A DNA stretch of 64,000 nt from an uncultured Planctomycetia bacterium (GTDB taxonomy: Bacteria > Omnitrophota > Gorgyraeia > 1-14-0-20-64-10). The stretch lies in assembly GCA_964373295.1 (NCBI GenBank), contig CAYJUA010000001.1, positions 4,608 through 68,607 on the forward strand. Reading direction: 5' to 3'. The notes under the pieces are model-generated. The model saw nothing but the letters and a program-made list of their open reading frames with translations, was not told the DNA's origin and made no database searches. Shown in pieces: positions 27,957-37,802 of the stretch (positions are counted from its first letter, which is position 1; every line of letters starts with the position of its first letter). The position numbers were made by a program, and so were the translations under genes.

Positions 27957-29125
27957 CGCGGAGGTTGGGCAGGCTGGCGCGGGAGGTGGCCGGCGGGGCC
28001 AAGGGCATTGCGTACACGGATGAAGGCAATCGCTCCATCGTGCGGCTGAACTATCGCTCCTACCTGCGGGACCCGCATCTGCTCCGGCTTTTCACCGAGT
28101 ACCAGGCCACAGGAAACTTCACGGGACACCTCTGCGATCTCTCCCCGGAGGATGCGGAGATGGTCCGGGAGATCCGAGAGGGGCTCCGGGCTCTGCGGAA
28201 GGCCCAGGGCGACCGGGGGTACGCCGCCGGCCCCATGTGGGCGAAGTGGAACGACCGGATGCTGGGGGCCGCCCTGGCGGCCGACCCGCGCCTGTACAAC
28301 CACATCGGCGCGCTCAATTACAAGAGCTTCGAGCCGCAGGCGCTGAGCCTGGAGGCGGTGATCCTGGAGGTCCTCCGCACCCTGGTTCTCCATGACTATT
28401 TCCGGGAGAGAACGCAGGATTTCGGCGGGCTGTTCACCGGTTTGAACAGCCGGCACTTCACGCTGGAAGGGTGCCGGCTCAACGCCGGCCTGCGGGCCAT
28501 CGAGGAGAAGCTGCTCCTGGAGCCGGTTTTGGCCCGCGCGAGGGAGAGGGGCGGCAGGCCCCGCGTGCTGGAGATCGGCGCGGGGAGCGGCCAGCTGGCG
28601 AACCTGCTTTGCCGGGGGGGGGCCCGGATGGTGGTGATCGACCTGCCCGGCATGCACGCCCGGGCGCCGTACTTCCTCTACAAGAGTTCCGGACTTCGGG
28701 TCTGCACCTATTCCCGTTTCCTCTCTTTGGACAGGGATCTGGAGGGGGCGCTGGAGCGTTACGACGTGGTCTACCTGCCCCCCTGGGAGAAGGAGGCGCT
28801 GGCCCCGCTCCGGTTCGATCTGGGGGTGAACGTCCATTCGCTTGGCGAGATGAGCGTCGGGGAGGTGCGGGGCTACCTGGCGCTGGTGCGGGAGAGCTGC
28901 GGCCATTTCTTCTCGATCAACACGAGCACGCGGGACCTGGACCCCCGCAAACAGCCGGGCTATTCGGAGAACGGGACTCTCTTTCAGGAGGTGGGGCTCG
29001 GGATGAAGCTGGTCGCGACGGGAACCCCGCTCTTCGACACGGCGTTCCAGAAGACAGCCCACTACGGGTACGCCCTCTATCAGCGGGCGCAGGCGGCGGG
29101 GAACGGAGGGGGAACGTCGGGATGA
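27932..29125 (+). CDS. Class-I SAM-dependent methyltransferase (sugar O-methyltransferase-like)
   Basis: SAM-binding motif RVLEIGAGSGQLANLL...VVIDLPGM in the C-terminal half. The start overlaps the upstream gene by 25 nt. Confidence 0.6.
   Translation: MGDLGGTLTRRLGRLAREVAGGAKGIAYTDEGNRSIVRLNYRSYLRDPHLLRLFTEYQATGNFTGHLCDLSPEDAEMVREIREGLRALRKAQGDRGYAAGPMWAKWNDRMLGAALAADPRLYNHIGALNYKSFEPQALSLEAVILEVLRTLVLHDYFRERTQDFGGLFTGLNSRHFTLEGCRLNAGLRAIEEKLLLEPVLARARERGGRPRVLEIGAGSGQLANLLCRGGARMVVIDLPGMHARAPYFLYKSSGLRVCTYSRFLSLDRDLEGALERYDVVYLPPWEKEALAPLRFDLGVNVHSLGEMSVGEVRGYLALVRESCGHFFSINTSTRDLDPRKQPGYSENGTLFQEVGLGMKLVATGTPLFDTAFQKTAHYGYALYQRAQAAGNGGGTSG
28614..28622 (+). repeat. Poly-G tract (G9) inside the methyltransferase CDS
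   Basis: ...tgccGGGGGGGGGcccgg... encodes CRGGA. Coordinates are +/-1. Confidence 0.5.
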
Positions 29126-30936
29126 AGCGGACGGGCCTGAAAGCCCTTGGGGTGCTTATCGCCCCGTATCGATGGTGGATGCTGCTTCTTTTGTCAGCGT
29201 CGCTTGCCGTCAGTCTGTTGGAAGGCCTGCACGTCGCCGCTTTCTTCCCGGTTTTTCAGACTCTCTTGGGCGAAAAGGCTGGAGCGCCGGTTGGGCTCCT
29301 GCAATGGATGACGGATTGGGTCGCTGGACTCCCGCTCAGAGATCCGATTGCGGGAGCCACGCTGTTTCTCCTGGCCATCACGGTGCTGCGCTGCCTGATG
29401 ATCCTGGCGTACGACGCCCTGCTTGCCCGGGTGAGCGGGCACGTGCATGACGACCTGAAAAATCGCCTGATGCACCGGCTCGCCGGGTCCGCTTATTCCT
29501 TCTTTCTGGATCACAAGCAAGGAGAGCTGCTTTACACGCTTTACTTCGGGACCAGCCGGGTGGGGACGCTCACCCAGAAGGTGTCAAAGCTGGTGTCGGA
29601 GGCGCTGATGGTCAGCGGGATCGCGGTCCTCCTTTTCATCTCGATGCGGGAAGCGACGGTCCTGTTGGCGCTGATGGGGCTTGTCTACTACGGATTGACG
29701 CGCCGGCTTTCGTCAAAAATCTCTTACCATGTGGGCCGGATGCGCGTGGCCTCCGGCGCGGAACAGACCTCCATTGCCAACGAGTTTCTGACCGGCATCC
29801 GGCAGATCATGGCTTTCGGGACGCAGCCGGCGTGGCTGGGGAGTTTCCGTAGGGAGAGCACCCGCTTCCGGGACCTTTACGTGAAGGACTCCATCTGGTT
29901 GAGCATCCCCAAGGTGCTGCTGGAGTTCTTCGTGATCTCCTTTCTTGTGGGGGTGGTTCTGCTCCTGCGCATCCGGAACCCCGGGTTCCTTTCGAGTCAC
30001 CTGGCGCTCTTTGCCCTGTTCGCCGTGGGAGTGATGCGGATTCTGCCTTCCCTGTCCCTGCTCGGGCATTTGATGATGGAAATTTCCGGGCTGATCCCGG
30101 ACGCGGAGGCGGTCCACCGGCTCCTGACCCAGCCGCTCCCGGCCCATCGGGGGGGGAGCCGTCCCTTTCGGCCGATGAGGCGGGAGATCGCGTTGGAGGG
30201 GGTCCACTTCGGTTATCCCGGCAGAGAGCCTCTCTTCCAGGGCCTGCAGACCACTTTTCCCAGGGGAAAGGTGACCGGCATCGTGGGAACCTCCGGCAGC
30301 GGCAAGAGCACTCTGGCTCACCTGCTCCTGGGGCTCTTGGAGCCGGCGAGGGGCCGGATCCTGGTGGACGGAGTGGAGCTGCGGGAATATCCGTTGGAGG
30401 AATGGAGAAAGCGGATCGGCTTCGTCAGCCAGGAGATGTTTGCCTTCCACGCTTCCATCGCGGACAACATCCGGTTCGGCCGGAAGGGGTATCCCGATGA
30501 GCGCGTCCGGAGGGCGGCGGAACTGGCGAAGGCCCATTCCTTCATTCAGGAGCTTCCCCATGGATACGAGACGGTGGTCGGCGAGCGGGGGATGAAGATC
30601 TCGGGCGGACAGCAGCAGAGGATCGCCATCGCGCGGGCGGCGCTCCACGACCCGGAGATCCTGATCTTCGATGAGGCCACCAGCTTCCTTGATACAGAGT
30701 CGGAGCGTCTCGTCCAGGAGGCGATCGAATCGGTCTCCCGGGAACGGACCGTGATCCTGATCGCGCATCGGCTCTCGACGGTGAGGAACGCGGACCAAAT
30801 CCTGGTGATGGAACGGGGCAGGATCGCGGAGGAGGGGACCCACGAGGAGCTTCTCCGGTTCACTGGGATCTATCACCGGCTGGTGGCCTCGGCAGGGCTC
30901 CAGGCCGAACCCCAGGTGGCGGAGGGAACCCGATGA
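29122..30936 (+). CDS. ABC transporter, fused permease/ATP-binding protein (MsbA-type exporter)
   Basis: Six-TM N-terminal half. C-terminal NBD with Walker A GTSGSGKST, ABC signature ISGGQQQRIAIARAAL and Walker B ILIFDEATS. Confidence 0.85.
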   Translation: MKRTGLKALGVLIAPYRWWMLLLLSASLAVSLLEGLHVAAFFPVFQTLLGEKAGAPVGLLQWMTDWVAGLPLRDPIAGATLFLLAITVLRCLMILAYDALLARVSGHVHDDLKNRLMHRLAGSAYSFFLDHKQGELLYTLYFGTSRVGTLTQKVSKLVSEALMVSGIAVLLFISMREATVLLALMGLVYYGLTRRLSSKISYHVGRMRVASGAEQTSIANEFLTGIRQIMAFGTQPAWLGSFRRESTRFRDLYVKDSIWLSIPKVLLEFFVISFLVGVVLLLRIRNPGFLSSHLALFALFAVGVMRILPSLSLLGHLMMEISGLIPDAEAVHRLLTQPLPAHRGGSRPFRPMRREIALEGVHFGYPGREPLFQGLQTTFPRGKVTGIVGTSGSGKSTLAHLLLGLLEPARGRILVDGVELREYPLEEWRKRIGFVSQEMFAFHASIADNIRFGRKGYPDERVRRAAELAKAHSFIQELPHGYETVVGERGMKISGGQQQRIAIARAALHDPEILIFDEATSFLDTESERLVQEAIESVSRERTVILIAHRLSTVRNADQILVMERGRIAEEGTHEELLRFTGIYHRLVASAGLQAEPQVAEGTR

Positions 30937-31880
30937 GGTCCCGCGCGCTGGTGACCGGCGCCTGCGGCCTCCTCGGGGCCCATCTCGTGGAGCTGCTTTC
31001 CCGGCAGCACCGGGTGACGGGGACCGACCGGCATCCCTGGTGGGGCGACCGGCCCGCGGCCGTGGTGCCCGGGGACCTCACGGACGCGGCCTTCGTCCGA
31101 AAATTCGTGCGGGATACGGCGCCGGACCTGCTGCTCCACTGCGCGGCGATGACCGATGTGGAAGGGTGCGAGCAGGCGCCCTCGCGGGCGCGCGCGGTGA
31201 ACGTGGAGGCCACGCGCCGGCTCGCCCAGGAGGCGGGGAAGGAATGCCTCTTCGTCTACATCTCCACCGACGCGGTCTTCTCCGGTGAGAAGCCGTTCTG
31301 GAGGGAGGAGGATCCAGCGGAACCCCTCTCCGTTTACGCCCGCTCGAAGCTGGAGGGGGAGAAGGCCGCGCGGGAGACGGCCCCGAGGCGCCTGATGATC
31401 CGGACCAACTTCTACGGGTGGGGCTCCGGCCGGAAGGCCACGTTCGGGGAATGGATGTACAGCTCTTTGAAGGAGGGAAGGCCGATCACGCTGTTTGGCG
31501 ACGTCTATTTCAGCCCGATCGACGTGAGCGACCTGGCGGAGCGGATCGGCCTGCTCATTGCCTTGGGGAAGACGGGCCTGTTCCACCTGGGCGGAGCGGA
31601 TCGGGTGTCGAAGGCGGAGTTTGGATTGAAGATGGCGGAGCGGGCCGGGTTCCCGTCGGGCCGGGCGAAGATCGGCTCGGTGGAAAGGTCTCCCCTGCGG
31701 GCTCCACGGGCCAAGGACACCTCGCTGGACAGCTCCCGGTTCCGTCGGGAAACCGGTGCCGCGCTCCCCGACTGCCGGGCCGGCCTGGAGCGGTTCCTGC
31801 GGGAGAGGGGGACGCCCTTGAGCGCCCGTTTCGCAGCGGAATCGCAGCTCTTGAGCGCGGCGGGGAGGGCCGCTCGCTGA
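30933..31880 (+). CDS. dTDP-4-dehydrorhamnose reductase (RmlD)-like NAD(P)-dependent sugar reductase
   Basis: MRSRALVTGACGLLGAHLVELL...ISTDAVFSGEKPFWREEDPAEPLSVYARSKLEGE pattern of the RmlD family. Confidence 0.7.
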   Translation: MRSRALVTGACGLLGAHLVELLSRQHRVTGTDRHPWWGDRPAAVVPGDLTDAAFVRKFVRDTAPDLLLHCAAMTDVEGCEQAPSRARAVNVEATRRLAQEAGKECLFVYISTDAVFSGEKPFWREEDPAEPLSVYARSKLEGEKAARETAPRRLMIRTNFYGWGSGRKATFGEWMYSSLKEGRPITLFGDVYFSPIDVSDLAERIGLLIALGKTGLFHLGGADRVSKAEFGLKMAERAGFPSGRAKIGSVERSPLRAPRAKDTSLDSSRFRRETGAALPDCRAGLERFLRERGTPLSARFAAESQLLSAAGRAAR

Positions 31881-31888
31881 ACGCGCGG

Positions 31889-32722
31889 GTGACGGTGCTG
31901 ATGGCGGTGTACAACGACGCCGGCTACCTGCCGACGGCGGTGGAGAGCATCCTGGGGCAGGGCTACGGGGATTTCCGCTTCCTGATCCTGGACGACTGCT
32001 CGACCGACCGGACGCCGGAGCTCCTGCGCTCCTACGGCCGGGCCGATCCGCGGGTCGAGGTGGTCCGGCTGGAGCGCAACGTGGGCCAGACGGCAGCGCT
32101 CAACATCGGCCTGCGCCGGGCGGAGACTCCCTGGATCGCCCGGATGGACGCGGACGACTACTCCGCCCCGGACCGCCTGGAGCGGCAGATGAAGGCGCTG
32201 GAAGAAACCCCCGATGTCGCCTGCCTCGGGACGGCTGCCTGGGAATTCCGCGAGGACCCCGGGCAGAGGGACAGCATCGTCCGGAGACCCCCAGAGCACG
32301 GGGAGATCCGCCGCGCCGCCCTCTTGGGGGCGGGGATGATCCACGGCACCATCGTGGTGCGGCGGGAAGAGCTCCTGAGCTGCGGCGGGTACGATGAGCG
32401 GTACCGCTACGCCTCCGACCGAGAGATGTTCATCCGGCTTTTCCAGAAGGTGAAGGGGCGCAACCTTTCCGAGCCCCTGATGGGCCTGCGCCGGAACCCG
32501 GGCCAGGATTCTTACTCCCTGCGCGCGGCCGACGAATACATCGACATCTACCTGCGCCTCCTCAAGGCGGATGGGTTCCCGGTCGAGGAAAAGCGCGTCC
32601 TGCGGGACAGCCTGGCCTACAGCTACCTATTCCGGGCCCGCTGCCACCAGGCCGCCGGGAGGTGGGGGCACTGGATGACCGACGTGGCCCGAGCGCTGTG
32701 GACCCGGGGGACACCGCGATGA
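31889..32722 (+). CDS. Family-2 glycosyltransferase
   Basis: VTVLMAVYNDAGYLPTAVESILGQGYGDFRFLILDDCSTDRT...IARMDADD is the classic GT2 N-terminus (DxD). Confidence 0.75.
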   Translation: MTVLMAVYNDAGYLPTAVESILGQGYGDFRFLILDDCSTDRTPELLRSYGRADPRVEVVRLERNVGQTAALNIGLRRAETPWIARMDADDYSAPDRLERQMKALEETPDVACLGTAAWEFREDPGQRDSIVRRPPEHGEIRRAALLGAGMIHGTIVVRREELLSCGGYDERYRYASDREMFIRLFQKVKGRNLSEPLMGLRRNPGQDSYSLRAADEYIDIYLRLLKADGFPVEEKRVLRDSLAYSYLFRARCHQAAGRWGHWMTDVARALWTRGTPR

Positions 32723-34302
32723 TCCTGGCCGCCCCCTCCATCCCAAGGCAGGCCCCTCCCCGCGATCTCTCCCCCCTGCGCCGGCTGTTCGCCGCCATCG
32801 GCCGGGTGCGGCGGGCGGTCCCGGACCCGGTCCTGGCCTGCGTGCCGTGGATGCAGGTGAAGCACCCGCTGGTCCCGGCCCAGGAAGATTTCATGGAGAA
32901 GGGAACGCTGGGAGGGCGGATCTCCGGTATCCAGGCGGCGGGCCGGCTTCTCCTTGCGCTGGCCTATGCCGTCTATCTGTCGCTGCGGATCCTCCAGGTG
33001 AAGGCCGCTTGGGGAAAGAGACTCCGCGCCCTGCGCGCGGCTCGCTTTGATCTCGTGGCAAAAAGCTGGGGCATCGGAAACCTGCCGGGGGGAGGGAGCG
33101 GAAGCGAGGACTTCTACCTGGGGGACCTCCAGGGCAGGGTGGGGGCGGAGGGGGCTTCCCTCCTGGTCCTTTTCGGGGACCCGAACGGACAGAGCTGGAA
33201 GATTCCGGCGCCGTCCCCTCCCGCCGGATGGAGTGGAGCCCGGCTCTGCGAGCTGGCCCTTGTCCCGGCCTGGGCGCCGCTGACGATTCCCTTTCGGCAG
33301 GCGCGCCTGTCGCTGCGTCTGCGCTCCCTGAGCCGGTCCAGCGGGGACCCCCTTGTCCGGGAAGTGGCCGCCCGAGCCGCCGGGGACGTCCTGTCGCGCC
33401 GGATCCTCCACAACGCGCTCTACCTCTGGGTCGGCTCCGTGTCGGCCCGCCTTTGGAGGCCCAAGGGGTGGATCTCGCTCTACGAGGGGAACAGCTGGGA
33501 GCAGTGCCTCTGGAAGGGGGCCAAGTCGGTCCTGCCGGAGTGCCGGACCATCGGCTACCAGCACACGATCCTGCTCCGGCACAACCTCTCCCTCCTGGAC
33601 CCGGAAGGATCCCGGTTCAATGAGCGGCCCGACCTCCTCCTGTGCCTTGGGCCCCGGACCCGCGAGCTGATGGCGCCAGGCCACCCCGAATCTTTCCCCC
33701 TTCTTTTCGGGAGCTTCCGTGCCCCCCGCGGGGGCCAAGCCGCAGGGGTTCCGCGCCCGGAGCGGCGGACCGTCCTGGTCGTTCCGGAGGGTTACCCCTG
33801 GGAGGGGAGGATCCTCTTGGAGTGCGCGATCCGCGCCGCCCGCCTGCGCCCGGATTGGAGGTTCATCCTCCGCTGCCATCCGGTCCTTCCCTTTGAGAGG
33901 ATCCGCGGCCTCCTCCAAGAGGCGCCGGAGCGCCTCTCCAACGTGGAGGTTTCCCGCACACGCTCCCTCCAGGAGGACCTGGCGAGCTCCTCCGTCCTCC
34001 TCTACCGGGGCTCCTCGGTAGTCCTGTACGCCCTGCTGGACGGCCTGAAGCCGGTCTATGTCGAGGATCCCCGCGCCCAGGAGGTGGACCCTCTCTTCGA
34101 GCTGGCACGGTGGCGGGAACGCGTGGGCTCGGCGGAGGAGCTCTCCGCCGTCCTGGGGGAATACGGCGCCGCCGCGGAGCCCCAGGAGGGGTGGGACGAG
34201 GCGGCCCGCTACGTCCGGGAGTACGTGCTCCCGGTCACCGCGGAAAACGTCCGGGCGCTCCTCCGTTCGGTCGAGCGCAGCGATGCGGGGAACAAGGCAT
34301 GA
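32719..34302 (+). CDS. Hypothetical 527-aa protein, possible GT-B/TagF-like transferase
   Basis: ATGA overlap. No strong signature. Segments RRTVLVVPEGYPWEGR and SSVLLYRGSSVVLYALLDGLKPVYV resemble the TagF-type C-terminal domain. Confidence 0.3.
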   Translation: MILAAPSIPRQAPPRDLSPLRRLFAAIGRVRRAVPDPVLACVPWMQVKHPLVPAQEDFMEKGTLGGRISGIQAAGRLLLALAYAVYLSLRILQVKAAWGKRLRALRAARFDLVAKSWGIGNLPGGGSGSEDFYLGDLQGRVGAEGASLLVLFGDPNGQSWKIPAPSPPAGWSGARLCELALVPAWAPLTIPFRQARLSLRLRSLSRSSGDPLVREVAARAAGDVLSRRILHNALYLWVGSVSARLWRPKGWISLYEGNSWEQCLWKGAKSVLPECRTIGYQHTILLRHNLSLLDPEGSRFNERPDLLLCLGPRTRELMAPGHPESFPLLFGSFRAPRGGQAAGVPRPERRTVLVVPEGYPWEGRILLECAIRAARLRPDWRFILRCHPVLPFERIRGLLQEAPERLSNVEVSRTRSLQEDLASSSVLLYRGSSVVLYALLDGLKPVYVEDPRAQEVDPLFELARWRERVGSAEELSAVLGEYGAAAEPQEGWDEAARYVREYVLPVTAENVRALLRSVERSDAGNKA

Positions 34303-35324
34303 GGTGCCTCATCTTCGGCTATGGCTACATGGGCAAGATTCGCTGGCAGGCGCTGCGCAGGCACCCCGTGGTCCGGCGGGTCACCGTCGTGGACCCGGAG
34401 CTTGCCGCTTCCCCGCCGGAGCTGGAGGGGGCGCTCCTTCCACCCGGCGCCGAGATCCCCTGGGAGGAGACCGACGCGGTCTTTGTCTGCACGCCGAACC
34501 ACGTGACGGCTTCCCTCTGCGCCGAGGGGCTGCGCCGCTGCGGACGGGTCTTCTGCGAGAAGCCCCCGGGTCGCGGGTGGGAAGAGTTCCAGCAGATCGC
34601 GGAGGCGGCGCAAAACACTCCCGGACACACGTTGGTGTTCGGATTCAACCACCGCCTTCATCCCTCCATCCAGGCGGCAAAGGCCTGGGTGGGCCAGGGC
34701 GGGCTCGGGGAGATCCTCTACATCAAAGGAACCTACGGCAAGTCGGGAGGGCTAAGGTACCGGGACAGTTGGCGGAACAAGGTGGAGATCTCCGGGGGCG
34801 GGATCCTCCTGGACCAGGGGATCCACATGCTCGACCTCTTCTGCCTGTTCCTTGGCCCCCTGGAGGTGAGCGAGGCGATCCTCCGCGATTCCTTCTGGGG
34901 TTGCGGGGTGGAGGATAACGCCTTCGTCCTTCTGCGCTCCGCGGAGGGGGGCATCCCGGCGTTCCTCCATTCCTCAGCGACCCTCTGGAAGCATACCTTC
35001 CGGCTGGAGATCGGCTGCCGGGACGGCTACCTCGCGGCCGCGGGGCTTCTGTCGCAAAGCGGCAGCTACGGGCGCGAGCAGCTGGTGATCGGCCGGCGGC
35101 AGTTCGAGGATGAGGCGATGGCGCTGGGCAACCCCCGGGAGGAGGTCATCCATTTCGACCGGGACGTTTCATGGGACCAGGAGATCAACGAGTTCCTCCT
35201 GGCCGCCCAGGAGGGCCGCCCCGCCACGCACGGCACCCTGGAGGACGCCCGGAGGGTCATGGAGGTCGTCCGGGACGTGTACGCGCTGGAAAGGCAACAG
35301 GCCACCGCCGGAAGGAAGCCCTGA
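34299..35324 (+). CDS. Gfo/Idh/MocA-family oxidoreductase
   Basis: MRCLIFGYGYMGKIRWQAL...VFVCTPNHVTASLCAEGLRRCGRVFCEKPPG... architecture. Confidence 0.75.
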   Translation: MRCLIFGYGYMGKIRWQALRRHPVVRRVTVVDPELAASPPELEGALLPPGAEIPWEETDAVFVCTPNHVTASLCAEGLRRCGRVFCEKPPGRGWEEFQQIAEAAQNTPGHTLVFGFNHRLHPSIQAAKAWVGQGGLGEILYIKGTYGKSGGLRYRDSWRNKVEISGGGILLDQGIHMLDLFCLFLGPLEVSEAILRDSFWGCGVEDNAFVLLRSAEGGIPAFLHSSATLWKHTFRLEIGCRDGYLAAAGLLSQSGSYGREQLVIGRRQFEDEAMALGNPREEVIHFDRDVSWDQEINEFLLAAQEGRPATHGTLEDARRVMEVVRDVYALERQQATAGRKP

Positions 35325-36298
35325 TGCGGACGATACAGACGCAGACGACATTCCCCCTCTCCTCCGTGAAACCGCTGGAGGGGGTGGCCCAGTACCGGAA
35401 AAGCTGCCTGGCGGCGACCCGGAAAGCGTGCAGGCAGGGGACGCGGCGCAGGGATCGGTCCCCGGTGACGGGCAGCCCCCTGGAAAGGATCGGGGAGATC
35501 GAGGGGATGGGATACTCCCGCTGTCCCGATACCGGATCCCTCTTTCTATCCGAGGCGCCTGAGTGGAAGGAGTGGGCAGCCCTCCTGCGGGAGGTGGCGC
35601 GGTTCCGGCGCTCGCCGGAGGCGTTCCACCTGGACCTGGCCCCTTCGCGCGTTGAAAACGTCCACCGGCCCAAGTTAGAATGGGTGCAGGAGACCCTCCG
35701 GCTTCAGGAATTGGACCGTCCCCGCGTCATCGAGGTGGTCACTCCCCCGAGCGAGCTCTTCCCATTCCTGCGGGAGAGCGGCTCCTTCTCCGAGGTCCAC
35801 AGCATGGACGAGATGGAGATGATCCACGGGGCGGGCGAGGGTCCCAGCGGAGGCCAAACCCAGGCGGCGCTCCTTTTTGAGTCGCTGGACCGGGTGGATG
35901 ACCCGGAGGGGCTTCTGGGCAAGGTGGCGGGCCGGCTGCAGCGGGGCGGCCTGCTCTTCATCACGGGGCTCGTGGCCTCGGGCTTCGACCTGGCGGTTCT
36001 GGGCCTGCGAAGCCTCTACCTGTACCCGCCGGACCGGGCCAATTGCTTTTCGCTGGAGGGCCTGAAGCGCCTCCTCGAGCGGCATGGTTTTTCGCTCCTC
36101 GAGGTGAGCACACCCGGGGTTCTGGACGTGCAGATCGTCCAGGAGCACCGGCGCCTGGACCCCGCGCTGGAGCTGTCGGCGTTCGAACGGGAGATCCTCT
36201 CGGCGCCGGCCGAGGCGCAGGCGGCTTTCCAATCCTTCCTGCAGGAGTGGGGCTGGAGCTCGTTCGCCCGCATCGTGGCGAGGAAAACGCAGTCATGA
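35324..36298 (+). CDS. Methyltransferase-fold protein with degenerate SAM motif and remnants of an N-terminal Zn-ribbon (possibly non-catalytic)
   Basis: TGATG overlap. N-terminal ...SPVTGSPL...YSRCPDTGSLF resembles the Zn-binding domain of TylC3-type methyltransferases but has lost most of the Cys residues. The expected glycine-rich motif I is replaced by RVIEVVTPPSE. Confidence 0.35.
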   Translation: MRTIQTQTTFPLSSVKPLEGVAQYRKSCLAATRKACRQGTRRRDRSPVTGSPLERIGEIEGMGYSRCPDTGSLFLSEAPEWKEWAALLREVARFRRSPEAFHLDLAPSRVENVHRPKLEWVQETLRLQELDRPRVIEVVTPPSELFPFLRESGSFSEVHSMDEMEMIHGAGEGPSGGQTQAALLFESLDRVDDPEGLLGKVAGRLQRGGLLFITGLVASGFDLAVLGLRSLYLYPPDRANCFSLEGLKRLLERHGFSLLEVSTPGVLDVQIVQEHRRLDPALELSAFEREILSAPAEAQAAFQSFLQEWGWSSFARIVARKTQS

Positions 36299-36930
36299 AG
36301 AGCGAGCCTTCGGCGGAATTTCTGCGCACCTACTTCCGGCAGGCGGCGGAGATCGCCTCCCGCATCGACATCGGGACGCTGGACCGGATGGTCGAGCGGC
36401 TGCGCCGCCTCCGGGAGGAGGGCGGGCGGCTGTTCCTGATCGGCGTGGGGGGCAGCGCCGGGAACTGCAGCCACGCGGTGAACGACTTCCGAAAACTCGA
36501 CGGGATCGAGGCTTATTCACCCGTGGACAATGTGTCCGAGCTCACCGCCCGCACCAACGACGAAGGATGGGACACCGTCTTCGCCGCGTGGCTCCGGACC
36601 AGCCGGCTGGGCCCGAAGGATGCCGTGCTGGTCCTGTCGGTGGGGGGGGGGAGCCGCGAGCGGAACATCAGCGCGAACCTCGTCGCCGCCGTTGACGAGG
36701 CCAAGGCCCGCGGCGCCGACGTCCTGGGCATCGTGGGGAGGGACGGGGGCCACACCAAGAAGCGGGGGGACATCGTGCTGGTGATCCCCACGGCCGACGC
36801 GGCCCTTGTCACCCCGCATACCGAGGCGTTCCAGGCGGTGGTCTGGCATGGCCTGGTGTGCGACCCGCGCCTCATGCTCCAGGGAAACAAGTGGGAGACC
36901 ACCGTGACAGCTCCGGGTCAGCCTGCATGA
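36295..36930 (+). CDS. gmhA: SIS-domain sugar-phosphate isomerase (GmhA-like sedoheptulose-7-phosphate isomerase)
   Basis: ...EEGGRLFLIGVGGSAGNCSHAVNDF...VLVLSVGGGSRERNISANLVAAVDEAKARGADVLGIVGRDGG... is a single SIS domain of about 211 aa. Confidence 0.65.
   Translation: MKSEPSAEFLRTYFRQAAEIASRIDIGTLDRMVERLRRLREEGGRLFLIGVGGSAGNCSHAVNDFRKLDGIEAYSPVDNVSELTARTNDEGWDTVFAAWLRTSRLGPKDAVLVLSVGGGSRERNISANLVAAVDEAKARGADVLGIVGRDGGHTKKRGDIVLVIPTADAALVTPHTEAFQAVVWHGLVCDPRLMLQGNKWETTVTAPGQPA
36642..36651 (+). repeat. Poly-G tract (G10) inside the gmhA-like CDS
   Basis: ...tcggtGGGGGGGGGGagc... encodes SVGGGS. It is the longest homopolymer noticed in the window. Coordinates are +/-1. Confidence 0.5.
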
Positions 36931-37802
36931 GCGGGTCAATCCTCCAGGCAGAGACGGCCGCGGCGCAGGCTTCGGACCGCTGGTACATCGACTGGCAGGC
37001 CCAAGGGCACGCGGCCCTTTTCGACAGCCGGGCAGGGCTGTCGGACCTGCGGCTCCGCGTCCAGATGGAGTCCTTCAATGACGTGAGGCTTCTCCGGGAG
37101 CGGTTGGACCGGTCCCGCTCGGTCCGCCTGCTGGAGGTCGGCTGCGCCACCGGCGAGTTCTACCGGTACCTTCGCAACAGCTTTCCCCGCGTGCAGTACT
37201 GGGGCATGGACATCTCCCGCCCAGCGCTCGCCCGCGCCCGGGAGAAGTACCCCCAAGGCAAGTTCTTCGAGTGCGATGAGCGATCCCGTGTCCGAGAGAA
37301 CCTGCGCCGGGCGGAGGAGGAGCTTGTCCCCGAGCTCCTCTATTCGAAAGACGTCCTGCACCACCAGACCGACCCCTGGGGCTTCCTGAAACAGCTCCTG
37401 GAGATCCCTTCCGAAGCGCTGATCCTGCGCACCCGCACCCGCGACACGGGCGCCACGGTGCTCGACCCGGACCTCTCCTGCCAGTACCACTACCAGGGCT
37501 GGATGCCCTACATCGTGCTGAACCTGCAGGAGCTGGTGGAGAGGATCCAGGCGTCCGCCCCCGCGGCCGAGGTCGTGGTCCTGCGGCACCGCAGGGTGCT
37601 GGGCGGAAGGGAGAACCGGTTCCTCCCGAAGGAGTGCTACCAGCCGGAGACGGGGACCGCGGAAACCGCGGTGGGCGTATTCCTGAAGAGCGGGCGGCCG
37701 GGCGCCGTCTGCGTTGAGGACCGGCAGGACTCGAACCCCTCGTATCCCCTCTGGGAGCGGGTCCGGGCGGCCACGGCGCGGTGGGCGGGGAGACGGCATT
37801 GA
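36927..37802 (+). CDS. Class-I SAM-dependent methyltransferase
   Basis: Motif I VRLLEVGCATGEFYRYL and motif II-like YWGMDIS. Confidence 0.7.
   Translation: MSGSILQAETAAAQASDRWYIDWQAQGHAALFDSRAGLSDLRLRVQMESFNDVRLLRERLDRSRSVRLLEVGCATGEFYRYLRNSFPRVQYWGMDISRPALARAREKYPQGKFFECDERSRVRENLRRAEEELVPELLYSKDVLHHQTDPWGFLKQLLEIPSEALILRTRTRDTGATVLDPDLSCQYHYQGWMPYIVLNLQELVERIQASAPAAEVVVLRHRRVLGGRENRFLPKECYQPETGTAETAVGVFLKSGRPGAVCVEDRQDSNPSYPLWERVRAATARWAGRRH

Noticed and set aside
28471-29121. Upstream part of the track ORF 28471..30936, and similarly 53373..54161 of ORF 53373..55703 and 22522..23091 of ORF 22522..24258.
   Set aside because: These are read-through extensions in another frame over the preceding gene. 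The real proteins begin at in-frame ATG/GTG codons that overlap the previous stop (29122, 54162, 23092).
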